A stretch of 64,000 bases of DNA from an uncultured Candidatus Saccharibacteria bacterium (GCA_964386905.1 CAYLUP010000001.1:19905-83904); one strand, 5' to 3'. Counted from the first letter of the stretch, positions 48,135 to 59,210 are shown. The notes: a model not told the origin generated them from the letters alone. Translations and numbers: made by a program.

Positions 48135-49241
48135 ATGAAACAGTGGTTGATTCATCTTCAGCTCGCATACCTTCGGTATCGACATCGTGTGAGTCCATTT
48201 CTTTTTTTGGGGAGTTTTTTCTTGGATCTCAAAATTGTAAAGCGACCAGATAGCCCGGAGACTATTCTCTTTATCTGTATACACCTTCTTTTTACAACAC
48301 TTCTTTCAATCACAGCAGCACGTGCAGCGCATTTTGATATGACGCAACAAGACGTACGCCGATGGTCTCCATCTGCTAAATTGCTTCTTGATATTGCGTT
48401 ACAGTTTACTTTTGGAGCTCTTGCAAGTGCTTTGTTTGTGCTCTATTTCAAAGGGGCTGATCTTGTCATGAGTGGGATTTTTGTGCTCGTGCTTGCGATA
48501 TTCTTGTTCGGAAATGAATTTGCGCATAAACACGTTTCTCGCCTCACTGTGCGGTTCCTTTCTACTGTTTTCCTTGTCTATGCGTTTCTTTTGTATTTTA
48601 TTCCCTTGATTCGGGGACATATAGGATTTTCCTCTGTGTTGCTCGCAACGTTGGGTGCACTTGGTTTCACTACATTCTTTGCATGGTGTATAAAGTATTT
48701 TGCCCCATCATTATTCTTTCGATCGAGATATCTCGTGGGCTTCGCTGCTGTGTTTCTGTTTTTAAGTTTTCCGCTCGGCATTCACTATGGCATTATTCCT
48801 CCACTCCCACTTGTATTGCAGGAGGGTACCGTCGTGCACACCATTGAAAAAGATGCCGGAGTACAATACCTTGTGAGTTATGAACAAAAACCGATTTGGC
48901 AACGTCTTGGCTTGCCTTTTCTTGTCCCAACATACACTATTCCAAAACACGCTCCCGTGAGTTTTTTTACCGCAGTGTATGCACCAACCACATTCGATGT
49001 TCGGATTACACATGTATGGGAGCACTATAATACTCGGTTGCGAGTCTTTGCATTGCGGGCATCAATACCGCTTAGTGTTTCTGGAGGTCGCGCACTTGGA
49101 TATAGGACGTATTCAACACTTTCGGCACCTGATGAGGGGCTGTGGAGAGTAACCGTATTACTTGGAACGGGGCAGGTGCTTGGACATCGCACGTTTCGTA
49201 TTGTTCATGGTACCCCAGAAATAATTTACGGATATAGATAA
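48135..49241 (+). CDS. Membrane protein with DUF2914-like C-terminal domain
   Basis: Multi-TM; FTAVYAP...HVW...GGRALGYRTYS...GLWRV. Confidence 0.8.
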   Translation: MKQWLIHLQLAYLRYRHRVSPFLFLGSFFLDLKIVKRPDSPETILFICIHLLFTTLLSITAARAAHFDMTQQDVRRWSPSAKLLLDIALQFTFGALASALFVLYFKGADLVMSGIFVLVLAIFLFGNEFAHKHVSRLTVRFLSTVFLVYAFLLYFIPLIRGHIGFSSVLLATLGALGFTTFFAWCIKYFAPSLFFRSRYLVGFAAVFLFLSFPLGIHYGIIPPLPLVLQEGTVVHTIEKDAGVQYLVSYEQKPIWQRLGLPFLVPTYTIPKHAPVSFFTAVYAPTTFDVRITHVWEHYNTRLRVFALRASIPLSVSGGRALGYRTYSTLSAPDEGLWRVTVLLGTGQVLGHRTFRIVHGTPEIIYGYR

Positions 49242-49251
49242 AAAACACCAT

Positions 49252-50529
49252 TTAGGTGTTTTTTGTTTTACACATTGCTGCGTGTCTCCCGGCTACAAAG
49301 CCTGTTGTCCAACATAATTGAAGACTGAAGCCGCCAGATGGACGATCAATATCGAGACAATCTCCAACAATAAAAAGTGTTGAGTGCAATTTTGAAGACA
49401 TTGTTTTGGTGTTGATTTCTGAAAGGGGAACACCACCGGATGTCACAATTGCGCGATCTGCTCCCATTAGTCCAATAGGAGTAACTGTGATGTGCTTTAA
49501 GAAGTGGGCGATACGTTTTCTGTCTTCTTTTGTGAGTTGGTGAGTTGGCGTGTCGCCATCGATTCGAAGCTGGGAAAGTATCTCGCGTGCGAGTTCCTTC
49601 TCAACAATTTCACAAAGCGCATTTTTGATTTGTTTGTTTTGAATAGGCTGAAGTTGTTCATTCAGCCATGAATGAAGCGCCCCTGCATCCTGTTTTGGGA
49701 AAAGATCAATATCTAGTCGTACTTCTCCTTCCTGCAAAGCGGTAAAAATTGCTCGACTCATATTTAAGATAAGGGGAGCGCTGAGACCAAAATGTGTAAA
49801 AAGAATTTTCCCTTCCTTTTTGAGTGTGACCTTTCCCCTAACACTCAAAGATACACGGACCCCTTCCTTTGCTACACCAGAGAGCCTGTGCGTCCAAGTT
49901 TCTTTTGTCCGTATTGGCACAAGTGATGGGTTCGGTTTAAGTATGGTGTGCCCGAGCGCTTTTAGCCATTGAAATCCATCCCCAGTAGATCCTGTTTCTG
50001 GATGTGACAAGCCGCCTGTCCCAATAATGATTGTTTTCCCTTTTTGAACACCATCTTTGAGGCGCACTTCCCAAAGCTTTGATTCGACGTCCCAACGTAT
50101 TCTCTGTACGATACTATTTGTGAGTACTGTAACATGTGCGGCGCCTAGTCCTTTTTTGAGTGCGTCAAGGACAACTCCAGAACGACCGGTTGCTGGAAAA
50201 AGTCTTCCTGCTGCTTCTTCTTTGAATGGCAATCCGAGATCCTCAAAGAATTGACGGGTCTCATTGAGAGAGAACTGGGAGAATGGAGAGTGGAGGAATG
50301 GGGCTGCTTGTTTAAACTTTGTGAGAAGGATGCGATTGTCTGGAATATTGTTAGCGATGTTGCATCTTCCTCCCCCAGTAATGAGTAGTTTTTTTCCGAG
50401 ATCGGGATTTTTTTCGAGCAGAAGGACGGAAGCACCGTCTCTTCCAGCGCTGATTGCTGCTGTCATACCTGCTGGACCTCCACCAATTACGATAACGTCA
50501 TACTGTGTGGTGTCTATGTGTTTTGTCAT
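49252..50529 (-). CDS. HI0933/BaiN family flavoprotein
   Basis: IGGGPAG, GKKLLITGGGRCN, GSTGDG, LFTHFGLS and SGGFSLQ. Confidence 0.95.
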   Translation of the reverse strand: MTKHIDTTQYDVIVIGGGPAGMTAAISAGRDGASVLLLEKNPDLGKKLLITGGGRCNIANNIPDNRILLTKFKQAAPFLHSPFSQFSLNETRQFFEDLGLPFKEEAAGRLFPATGRSGVVLDALKKGLGAAHVTVLTNSIVQRIRWDVESKLWEVRLKDGVQKGKTIIIGTGGLSHPETGSTGDGFQWLKALGHTILKPNPSLVPIRTKETWTHRLSGVAKEGVRVSLSVRGKVTLKKEGKILFTHFGLSAPLILNMSRAIFTALQEGEVRLDIDLFPKQDAGALHSWLNEQLQPIQNKQIKNALCEIVEKELAREILSQLRIDGDTPTHQLTKEDRKRIAHFLKHITVTPIGLMGADRAIVTSGGVPLSEINTKTMSSKLHSTLFIVGDCLDIDRPSGGFSLQLCWTTGFVAGRHAAMCKTKNT

Positions 50530-50585
50530 GATATGTATAGTAATTGAGTTCATCTCGAAAGACAAGAAAACGCGACTTTGCGCGT

Positions 50586-51314
50586 TTACTTTTTCTTCTC
50601 TATCGTCGTCGCAGAAGTTGTTGTCGCTGTTGCAGATGGTGTTTTCAGGCGTGAAATATTTGGAATGAGTTTCTCTACTTCTTCGCGTGTTTTAAATCCG
50701 TAGTATGCTTTACGATTTAATATGAGGATTGGTGGTTCTTCGCGAGTCCCGTAAATACTTTTGAGCGTTTCGAGTGTCGAGAGTCCGAGATTATAGTCGA
50801 AAGCGTAGATGTGAAGACGATCATACTCTTCTCGCATTTCCGTAAGCACGTGTCCCATTTTAATACAATCAGTACATTCTCCGCTATTTGAATAGAAATA
50901 AATGATGGTATTTTGATCATCGCCGCAACGACGCTGTCTTTCTCGGATAAGGAGGTAGTCCTTAATCATGAGAAGGGAGTAGTCCTTTTTTAGGGCAATC
51001 ACTTCGATGTCTCGAGTTCCACGTTGGCGTTCCATTTCGTCAAGACGACGTGCGAGCTCATTCATCTGCGTAATCTGCATATATCCTGCATTTGTTTCAT
51101 CGCATGCGGCATCGGCAAGGAGTTGGAACTGAATTTCTGTTTCAATAATTTGGCGATTGATGCCTGCTTCGACATTTTTGATTGCTGCCGAGCGAAGACT
51201 ATAAAAGTAATTTGAAGCCAAGAATGCTATCGCAAAAATTCCTAGCGTGATCAAAAAAACAATAAAAAACTTTTTCCCTGAAATGTTCTGTTGTTGTGTG
51301 ATTGGTTGTTCCAT
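50586..51314 (-). CDS. Membrane-anchored protein with thioredoxin-like CxxC domain
   Basis: N-terminal TM, coiled coil, YFYS...CTDC...PPILIL; immediately downstream of the GT2 gene. Confidence 0.7.
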   Translation of the reverse strand: MEQPITQQQNISGKKFFIVFLITLGIFAIAFLASNYFYSLRSAAIKNVEAGINRQIIETEIQFQLLADAACDETNAGYMQITQMNELARRLDEMERQRGTRDIEVIALKKDYSLLMIKDYLLIRERQRRCGDDQNTIIYFYSNSGECTDCIKMGHVLTEMREEYDRLHIYAFDYNLGLSTLETLKSIYGTREEPPILILNRKAYYGFKTREEVEKLIPNISRLKTPSATATTTSATTIEKKK

Positions 51315-51325
51315 AGAAGATGGTA

Positions 51326-52582
51326 CTATCTCCACTTTGCCTCTTTTGAGGTAAGAAGATTGTATAATGATTTTCCAAGCCAGAATGGTGCAATGAGGCC
51401 ATAGAGGAAAAGGAATGAAATAGTTCCTTTTGCAAGTGTGTATTTTTTTCGAACGAGTCTGACTCCAAATGTGATATAGAGTAAAGTTCCGGTAAACAGT
51501 GCGTAGATTAGAAGGCGATTGAACGTGAGATCATAGGTAAATAAATCAAATTCAAAGCGCGGCAGTCCAAAATGAAAACCAACTGCTTGCCGATATAAGA
51601 TTTCCTCATAAATAGACTTGAGAACTGTTTTTACGTACGCAGCAGTAAAGAAGAGCGCAGTGAATATGGAAATAAACGCAAAAGGGAGCGAGAGTACGCC
51701 GAGATAGCCATATTCTGTTTTAAGAAACATGTGTCTATAAGAGAAATATGCATTTTTGAGGAAACCCGAAACCCATCGGACGCGCTGCTTGTAGAGTGCG
51801 TAAACTGTTCTTGGGGGTATCGTCCAGACAATAGCAGTATGCGCATTTTCGATTTTGAGCTTGTGGGATTGGATGCGAAGAGCCATCTCCATGTCTTCCG
51901 TTTTGTATGCATCTTTGAAATTTCCAATTTTAGCAAAGAGCTCTCTGCGAAAAAGTGAAAATGGTCCGGGGGTGACATACAGCGCATTTATGCGGGAGAG
52001 AACCTTTCGTGTAAAAGCACCTACCATGTATTCTATCGCCTGAATATGTCGTAACCAGTTGTCTGGTTTCCATATTTGCACAGAAGGTGTTACAGAGACA
52101 ACTGCAGGATCATTTAAGAAGTAGGGGATCATTTCTTGAAGCGCGTTGGCTTCCACGTAGGAATCTGCATCTAGGCACCCAATAATATCGGAAGTGCTTT
52201 CTGCGATTCCAAGATTCATCGCCGTGTGTTTTCCGCCATTTTCTTTTGTAAAAATGCGAATTCGAGGATTTGCTCCAAAATGTTCTTGCGCTACGGCAAG
52301 AGTATTGTCTGTGGAGCCATCGTTAACGAAAAAGACATTTAATTTATCCTCAGGGTAGTCCAGGTTAAGAATGGAGTTGATTGTACCGACGGTCGTAGTC
52401 CCTTCATTCCATGCAGGGACGATAATGGTAACACTTGGAAGTTTCTCGTCTGGAATCTTCTTCCTCGGAACAAAATGCATTTGTTTCCGTTCCTCGATAT
52501 AGGTCAACAACATAAAAACCTCGAAGTAGGTAACTGCGAAGAGGATGGTGATCGTAAGAAACTGCCCAAAATGAGAAAACAT
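51326..52582 (-). CDS. Processive GT2 glycosyltransferase (PgaC/cellulose synthase-like)
   Basis: PAWNE, DGSTD, DADS, TED and QRVRW motifs with TM helices. Confidence 0.92.
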   Translation of the reverse strand: MFSHFGQFLTITILFAVTYFEVFMLLTYIEERKQMHFVPRKKIPDEKLPSVTIIVPAWNEGTTTVGTINSILNLDYPEDKLNVFFVNDGSTDNTLAVAQEHFGANPRIRIFTKENGGKHTAMNLGIAESTSDIIGCLDADSYVEANALQEMIPYFLNDPAVVSVTPSVQIWKPDNWLRHIQAIEYMVGAFTRKVLSRINALYVTPGPFSLFRRELFAKIGNFKDAYKTEDMEMALRIQSHKLKIENAHTAIVWTIPPRTVYALYKQRVRWVSGFLKNAYFSYRHMFLKTEYGYLGVLSLPFAFISIFTALFFTAAYVKTVLKSIYEEILYRQAVGFHFGLPRFEFDLFTYDLTFNRLLIYALFTGTLLYITFGVRLVRKKYTLAKGTISFLFLYGLIAPFWLGKSLYNLLTSKEAKWR

Positions 52583-53039
52583 AAAAGGGGAGACGTGGCG
52601 AGGCGCCGAGGTCGTTGGGTTTAATACTACTCCAAAAAAAACCTTATGTAAAGCCCTATTTTACTAAAATAAAGGAGATACTGAAAACCTGTGGACAACC
52701 TGTTCTCAGCTATACATTTTGGAAATATGGCCTCAAATATAGAAAAAGTAGAAAATTTGAACACAAAATCTCAAAATGTCAAATATACCCAACAAACAGA
52801 AACGATACGCGCAGGGAAAATACTTTTCTCGAACAATATAAATATGTTCTTATTTATAGCCATATTTTTGCCACACCTGTAAAGCTATTGCACAAAATGC
52901 ATCCATCAGTACAATAACCCAGTACTCGTAAAAGACCACTCTCAGAACATTTCTTGTTTTCTGGTGGCATAGTTTCACACACCGCTCACGTCCGAACGAT
53001 ATTCTCCTAGTAATCCGAGCAAGAGTACAAAAACTATTT

Positions 53040-53762
53040 ATGACACAAGAACTTTTCGAGGGTTCTGAGGTTGGTGAACGCGTGGGGCTGCATAACCCGC
53101 AGCCCCGTGCCCGCACCATCGTCGCGCTGCTTGCGGCAATCACAATGATTGCACCAGCAACCGCATTTGCAGGCGCACCCCTCGCGTATCTTGAGCAGGA
53201 AGCAGATCGCTTCATAGAGCGTATTGAAACGCGCTATGCAGACCATATTGATTCTGTTGCCATGCTCGCTGATTATGATCGCGATATGATTATATCTGTT
53301 ATCGCAATTGAATCAGAAGGAAATCCACGTGCAGCTTCTCCTGTTGGCGCACGAGGGTTGATGCAACTCATGCCAGGTACTGCCAAGTACTTGGGCGTTA
53401 AAGACGTCAATGATCCTTTCCAGAACATTTTGGGAGGAACAAAGTACCTAAAGGAGTTAGAGTCTCGTTATGGGTTCTCTGACACAAAGGAGGCTTTGAT
53501 TGCGTATAATATGGGCCCAGCAAAGGCTCGCCGTTTCCTCTCTCAGTATTCTGCTGATGAGCATGGTTACGTAAAACGCGTTATGCTTATTTACAATCGT
53601 ATTCACGAGAAGAAGCTTGAAGCAGAGCGCCTTGTTGCATACAAGGAGCCTGAAATAAGCGAGGCCAAGCCTCTCACGCTTCGTCCAACTCCAGTTGTTG
53701 CACTTGTTGGACGGCTTGTGAACCCATTGTTGACAGCAGAAGCATCTACAGGACAAAACTAG
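53040..53762 (+). CDS. Exported lytic transglycosylase (SLT domain)
   Basis: Signal-like segment; IES, GARGLMQLMP, AYNMGP and YVKRV. Confidence 0.92.
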   Translation: MTQELFEGSEVGERVGLHNPQPRARTIVALLAAITMIAPATAFAGAPLAYLEQEADRFIERIETRYADHIDSVAMLADYDRDMIISVIAIESEGNPRAASPVGARGLMQLMPGTAKYLGVKDVNDPFQNILGGTKYLKELESRYGFSDTKEALIAYNMGPAKARRFLSQYSADEHGYVKRVMLIYNRIHEKKLEAERLVAYKEPEISEAKPLTLRPTPVVALVGRLVNPLLTAEASTGQN

Positions 53763-53810
53763 AAAACCGCTATGAGCGGTTTTCTTTGTGTTTGTGATAT
53801 AATCGTCAGC

Positions 53811-54524
53811 ATGGTTGATGTCACAATCTTTTCAGCGTTTTTGGCTGGCCTTGTTACTTTTTTGGCGCCATGCACTTTACCACTTGTTCCTGCCTATCTT
53901 GCTTTTCTAGCTGGATCAGAGACACCGGAGCGCCATCAAATTGTAAAGAAGGCGTTCGCTTTTGTTTCTGGTTTTGGGTCCGCAATTGTCATCCTTGCGT
54001 TGTTCGTCAGTCAAATTGGGAGATTTGTTTCTCAATATAGGAATATTCTTCTTTCTATTGGTGGTATACTTTTTATGCTTTTTGGATTGTCTTTGCTCCG
54101 TGTGTTTCGAATTCCACTTCAGTCAAAGGGTCTTCCGACGTTTCTCGCCCCAACATCACATTTTGCAGCTTTTCTCTTGGGTTTTGTCTTCACATTCGGG
54201 TGGAGTCCTTGTGTTGGTCCAATTCTTGGTAGTATTTATGTCCTTGCTGCTCAATCGGGCTCAGTTTTTTTAGGGACAACGCTTCTCCTCGCATATGTTC
54301 TCGGACACAGTATTCCTTTTCTTCTTCTTGCGTTCTTCTATGAGAGATCATTTTCCATTGTGAAGACGCTTTCTCGGTACACCCCTTATGTGAATACATT
54401 TGCTGGTATTGTCTTGGTCGTCATTGGCTTCTTGATGATGATTGGGAAATTTGGTCTCGTATTTGGATTTTTTTCTTGGGTGTTTGATGGATCTTGGCAG
54501 GATATATTAACGCGTTTTTTGTAG
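53811..54524 (+). CDS. ccdA: CcdA/DsbD-family thiol-disulfide transporter
   Basis: FLAPCTLPLVPAY and GWSPCVGPILG. Confidence 0.9.
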   Translation: MVDVTIFSAFLAGLVTFLAPCTLPLVPAYLAFLAGSETPERHQIVKKAFAFVSGFGSAIVILALFVSQIGRFVSQYRNILLSIGGILFMLFGLSLLRVFRIPLQSKGLPTFLAPTSHFAAFLLGFVFTFGWSPCVGPILGSIYVLAAQSGSVFLGTTLLLAYVLGHSIPFLLLAFFYERSFSIVKTLSRYTPYVNTFAGIVLVVIGFLMMIGKFGLVFGFFSWVFDGSWQDILTRFL

Positions 54525-54547
54525 TGCGCATGATATACTATAGACAT

Positions 54548-55603
54548 ATGCATTATGTCTATAGTTTTTTGTTATGGGCTATGTGTTTTTTCCCACTAGG
54601 GGTGCTTGCGAGTGCTGGAATTCCTGGAGGAGGAATTTGGTTTTCAAAGGACCCGTTTTTTGCTGGAGATGAAATTACGATATACACACTCGTATTTAAT
54701 GCATCTTCTCAGCCCGTGAAAGGGGAGCTTGAGTTTCTTGATGCAGACGCACTCCTTGGAAGAAAAAATGTTGAGCTCGCACCAGGGGAACACAAAACGG
54801 TTGGTTATGTGACTACTGTTTCTGAGGGAAAGAGGGCCTTTCGTGTTCGTATTGCTGGTGGGGACTTTACGGATGGAGACGGAGATCCTCTTCAACTCAA
54901 AAACACAAAGGCATCTGAGGGTGGTTTTGTGGTCCAAACACAACAGGTGTTACGTACCGTACTGAAAGATACAGATAAGGATGGCGTTCCAGATGCTTCA
55001 GATATAGATATTGATGGAGACGGGCTCGCTAATGAAAAAGAAAAGGCTATCGGCACAAACAGCTATCTCGCTGATACAGATGGGGATGGTATCCTTGATG
55101 GGACCGATCAAAACCCAACAGTTCGAGATGCACTTCCTTCTGTCACAGAGACCGTAAAAATTGCAGACAAAGACGCGCTCGCTTCAACGCTTGAGAAGGT
55201 GCTTCCGGGAAAAGTTGTAGAGCCAATTGTATCGATTACAACACCAGTTATTGGAAGCATTGAAGGGTTCCGTGTCTCACAAGCGAATAAAAATAATGAA
55301 CGTATTGTTTCGCGCGTTGATTCTATTGTCGAAAAAGTAGGGAGCGGTCAAATCGTTGCATCAACATCTGCAACAGCAACCTTGCCCCAATTGGCAGGGA
55401 AGCCGTCCCCTTGGCACTTGTTGTGGAGGGGGGTTGTGGATGTGAGTCTCGTTCGTTCCCCGTTTGATTATGCCATTCTTTTCTTTTCTTTGTTGTACCA
55501 TATTCTCATGACATACGTTTGGATTTTTTATGTTGCTCTTGCTATTGTTGTTGTGAAGATCATTATTCTTGCGAAAAATTTTCTTTTTCATCGAGAAGCT
55601 TGA
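54548..55603 (+). CDS. Surface protein with Ig-like domain and TSP3-like repeats
   Basis: Signal peptide; DTDKDGVPD, DIDGDG and DTDGDGILD; C-terminal TM. Confidence 0.8.
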   Translation: MHYVYSFLLWAMCFFPLGVLASAGIPGGGIWFSKDPFFAGDEITIYTLVFNASSQPVKGELEFLDADALLGRKNVELAPGEHKTVGYVTTVSEGKRAFRVRIAGGDFTDGDGDPLQLKNTKASEGGFVVQTQQVLRTVLKDTDKDGVPDASDIDIDGDGLANEKEKAIGTNSYLADTDGDGILDGTDQNPTVRDALPSVTETVKIADKDALASTLEKVLPGKVVEPIVSITTPVIGSIEGFRVSQANKNNERIVSRVDSIVEKVGSGQIVASTSATATLPQLAGKPSPWHLLWRGVVDVSLVRSPFDYAILFFSLLYHILMTYVWIFYVALAIVVVKIIILAKNFLFHREA

Positions 55604-55688
55604 AAACGTTGACGAGTTGATGGTTTTTGTGTTGAAACATTCTTTTAAGTGTGATCTGTGCTAGAGTGTTCGTATAACCAATAAAGTT

Positions 55689-56198
55689 ATGGATAAGAAT
55701 ACGAAGATTTCTGTTGCGATCGGCGTTGCTGTCATCGCGATATTCCTCGGCGTTCTTGTTATCTCTGGTGGAGATAAGAAGGAACAGCCTATTGAAACAG
55801 CTCCAGTTGCAACTACAACTGAGGATGTTGTTATTAGCCCCTTAACATCAGCAGTCACAGGGCTTCCTGCAACTGCAAAAATTCCTGCGAATAAAACGGA
55901 TGGTTTATCCGTTGTTGATCAGCTCGCTGATGACCATGTTGCATTTTCTGGAGTGACTATTACCGAAGATACATGGGTTGTCGTATATGATGACAGAAAC
56001 GGTGAGCCTTCTTGGGTTATTGGAGCAGGTCTCTTTTTCGGAGGTGTTGAGGAGGGCGTTTCTCCTGTGATGCGCAAGACAGAGCCTGGAAAACGCTATT
56101 ACGTAACGTTGATTGCTGATAACGGTGATCGCGTCTTTGATATTAAGGCTGATCGACCTGCAGTGGATGCAAAGGTTGTTTCATTTATTGCAAAGTAA
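55689..56198 (+). CDS. Membrane-anchored hypothetical protein
   Basis: N-terminal TM, Thr/Pro linker, beta-rich domain; terminator follows. Confidence 0.75.
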   Translation: MDKNTKISVAIGVAVIAIFLGVLVISGGDKKEQPIETAPVATTTEDVVISPLTSAVTGLPATAKIPANKTDGLSVVDQLADDHVAFSGVTITEDTWVVVYDDRNGEPSWVIGAGLFFGGVEEGVSPVMRKTEPGKRYYVTLIADNGDRVFDIKADRPAVDAKVVSFIAK

Positions 56199-56276
56199 CA
56201 AAAACCACCTGTCGGTGGTTTTTGTTATATAGCAGTTTCTTCTTGCCTTCTTTTTGTGCTCCTATATACTTTTTCT

Positions 56277-58331
56277 ATGTCCTTTTCTTTGCACTCAGAA
56301 TGGAATCCTGCTGGTGATCAGCCGAAAGCTATTGAGTTGCTCACTCAAGGTTTTTTTGGTGGTCATCGGATGCAAACACTTCTTGGTGTTACAGGTTCTG
56401 GGAAGACTTTTACTGCTGCAAACGTTATTGCTCGTGTTGGAAAACCAACACTCGTAATCGCACACAACAAAACGCTTGCAGCACAGCTTGCTCAGGAATA
56501 CAAGACTTTTTTTCCAAAAAATGCTGTGCACTATTTTGTATCCTATTATGATTATTACCAGCCTGAAGCATATATTCCAACAACAGATACATACATTGAA
56601 AAAGATGCTGCGATTAATGCAGAAATTGAGCGTTTGAGGCATGCGTCGACCCAGGCGCTGCTCACCCGGGATGATGTAATTATTGTTGCATCAGTTTCCT
56701 GTATTTATGGTCTTGGATCCCCAGAAGAGTACAAAAAAGTCCATCTTCATATACAAAAAAACGTTGTTTTGACGAGAAATGAGCTTATTCGCAAGCTTGT
56801 TGATGTATATTTTACACGAACAACCGCTGATTTGACTCCTGGAACATTTCGATCAGTTGGTTCTCATGTTGAAATAATGCCAACGTCGGAATTGGTGATT
56901 TATGAAGTTGCTTTTGCAGGGAATGAGGTTGAAAGTATTCAGAAAATTGACCCAATCACGAGAAATATTATTGAACAGTGTCAGGACGTATTTATTTTCC
57001 CTGCTAAGCACTTTGTAACCCCTGAAGACGAGCGAGTGCGTGCGATGGAAGACATTCGACAAGAGCTTGCACAACAACTTGAATATTTTGATCGGAACGG
57101 CAAGGTGCTCGAGGCAGAGCGATTACGACGAAGAACTCAGTATGATCTTGCGATGATTGGAGAGGTGGGGTATTGCTCTGGTATCGAAAATTATTCACGG
57201 CATTTCGATGGAAGAAAAGAAGGCGAAGCTCCAACGACGCTATTGTCATATTTTCCACACAAGGCAGACGGGACGCCAGATTTTTTTACTGTCATTGATG
57301 AGTCTCACGTGACGCTGCCGCAAATTCGAGGGATGTATGCTGGTGACCGTTCGAGGAAAGATACTCTCGTTGAATTTGGCTTTCGTCTTCCATCTGCACG
57401 AGACAATCGTCCGTTGCGTTTTGAAGAATGGGAGTCACGTGTTGGACAGATTCTTTGTACTTCTGCAACACCTGGAGCATACGAACTCGAACACTCTCAC
57501 GCTGTTATTGAACAAGTGATTCGGCCAACGGGCCTTCTTGATCCTGTGATTGAGATGAGGCCAGTCGTTGGAAGAGAGGGGGGTAATGGACAAGTTGAGG
57601 ATTTTCTCATAGATGCAGAAGAGACCATCAAAAAAGGCGAACGTGTGCTTGTTACGACATTAACCAAAAAAATGGCAGAAGACCTCGCGTCTTACTTGAA
57701 GGACAAAGGAATCCAATCGGCGTATCTTCATAGCGATGTTAAAACACTCGAGCGAATACAAATTCTTTCTGATTTTCGAAAAGGAGTATATCACTGCCTT
57801 GTTGGTGTGAATCTTTTACGTGAAGGACTCGATTTGCCTGAAGTATCTCTTGTTGCCATTTTGGATGCAGACAAAGAGGGGTTCTTGCGTTCAGAAACAG
57901 CACTGATTCAAACATTTGGTCGCGCTGCAAGAAATGTCCGTGGTCGCGTTGTTGTGTATGCAGATCATGTGTCTGCTGCATTATCCTATGCGACTGAAGA
58001 AACAATGCGAAGACGGGCGTTGCAAGAAGCGTATAATCAAGAGCACGGAATTACTCCCAAGACAGTAAAGAAACATATCCATGATATTACTGAAGGTATG
58101 GAGAAAACGCATGCAGCGACGGTAAAGGCTGTGGCGCGGATTGATATAGCAACATATGGGAATGATATTCATGCCGTGATACAAGAAAAAGAAAAGGAAA
58201 TGGAAGCCGCTGTGTCACAGCTGGATTTTGAAACAGCAGCGCTTCTTCGTGATGAGATAGCTTCTCTTGCATCCTCTGCAGGAATTGAGCACCGCGCAAA
58301 GAAGGTTGTACAAAAAACAAAAAAGCGTTAA
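56277..58331 (+). CDS. uvrB: Excinuclease ABC subunit B
   Basis: GVTGSGKT, YYDYYQPEAY, DESH and NLLREGLDLPEV; C-terminal UVR domain. Confidence 0.98.
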   Translation: MSFSLHSEWNPAGDQPKAIELLTQGFFGGHRMQTLLGVTGSGKTFTAANVIARVGKPTLVIAHNKTLAAQLAQEYKTFFPKNAVHYFVSYYDYYQPEAYIPTTDTYIEKDAAINAEIERLRHASTQALLTRDDVIIVASVSCIYGLGSPEEYKKVHLHIQKNVVLTRNELIRKLVDVYFTRTTADLTPGTFRSVGSHVEIMPTSELVIYEVAFAGNEVESIQKIDPITRNIIEQCQDVFIFPAKHFVTPEDERVRAMEDIRQELAQQLEYFDRNGKVLEAERLRRRTQYDLAMIGEVGYCSGIENYSRHFDGRKEGEAPTTLLSYFPHKADGTPDFFTVIDESHVTLPQIRGMYAGDRSRKDTLVEFGFRLPSARDNRPLRFEEWESRVGQILCTSATPGAYELEHSHAVIEQVIRPTGLLDPVIEMRPVVGREGGNGQVEDFLIDAEETIKKGERVLVTTLTKKMAEDLASYLKDKGIQSAYLHSDVKTLERIQILSDFRKGVYHCLVGVNLLREGLDLPEVSLVAILDADKEGFLRSETALIQTFGRAARNVRGRVVVYADHVSAALSYATEETMRRRALQEAYNQEHGITPKTVKKHIHDITEGMEKTHAATVKAVARIDIATYGNDIHAVIQEKEKEMEAAVSQLDFETAALLRDEIASLASSAGIEHRAKKVVQKTKKR

Positions 58332-58363
58332 CGCTTTTTTGTTTATGGTATAATTTCAGTTAT

Positions 58364-59152
58364 ATGTCATTGATTCTTCTTTTGTCTGAACAACAACACT
58401 TGTGCGACATCTTGAAAGAGGCACTCCGTCCGCACGGTATTCAGATTGACATGGTTGCACAGCCAGAGACCTTTCTTGCTCGATGTCGTGAGTTGCAACC
58501 AGTTATGGTAATTATTGATAATGCTGTCGCTTCTGGAACTGGCCTACGGGCATTACAAATGCTTCGTGAAGCAGAGGATGTTATTGCAAAACTCCCTGTC
58601 ATTATCGCGGAGGAAACGGGCGATCTCGTGGTTATCTCTGAAGCATTAAAGTATGGTATTGCTGACTATTTCGTTTCGAGTCGCTTGGATCATTCTGGAA
58701 TTGTACAAAAAATATTTAAGAATCTGCCGAAAGATTCAGGTGTAATCGTGCCAAAGGAGTATATTCAGCAGGGACAACAGAAATATGTCATCCTACTTGT
58801 AGAAGATGATCGTTTTTTGAGGGATCTCACTCTGCAAAAGTTCACGCAGGAAAAAAATATGAATGTGATTACTGCTGTCGACGGAGAACAGGGTGTGACA
58901 CTTGCAGAAAAGCATATCCCACATATTATTCTTCTCGACGCCATTCTCCCTGGAATTGATGGTTTCGAAGTTTTGAAACGATTGCGAAGTAAGCCGCAGT
59001 TTGCTCGAACAGTTATTGTCATGCTTTCGAATTTTGGCCAGCGGGAAGATATGGATAAGGCAATGGCGTTGGGGGCGAATCAGTTTCTTGTAAAAGCAAA
59101 CTATACTTTGGATGAAATTGTAGCTGAGGTCAAACGGCTTTTAGAAATATAA
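58364..59152 (+). CDS. Tandem receiver-domain response regulator with no output domain
   Basis: Degenerate N-terminal REC plus canonical LLVEDD...LLDAILPGIDG...FLVK. Confidence 0.88.
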   Translation: MSLILLLSEQQHLCDILKEALRPHGIQIDMVAQPETFLARCRELQPVMVIIDNAVASGTGLRALQMLREAEDVIAKLPVIIAEETGDLVVISEALKYGIADYFVSSRLDHSGIVQKIFKNLPKDSGVIVPKEYIQQGQQKYVILLVEDDRFLRDLTLQKFTQEKNMNVITAVDGEQGVTLAEKHIPHIILLDAILPGIDGFEVLKRLRSKPQFARTVIVMLSNFGQREDMDKAMALGANQFLVKANYTLDEIVAEVKRLLEI

Positions 59153-59210
59153 TGGCGAAAGCCATTTTTTTTATCTGTAAAAGAAAGGCGAGATGTGGTA
59201 GTCTGGACTT

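Noticed and set aside
1921-59152. Histidine kinase (1921) and tandem REC protein (58364) as a cognate pair
   Set aside because: They are 55 kb apart with no sequence evidence of pairing.
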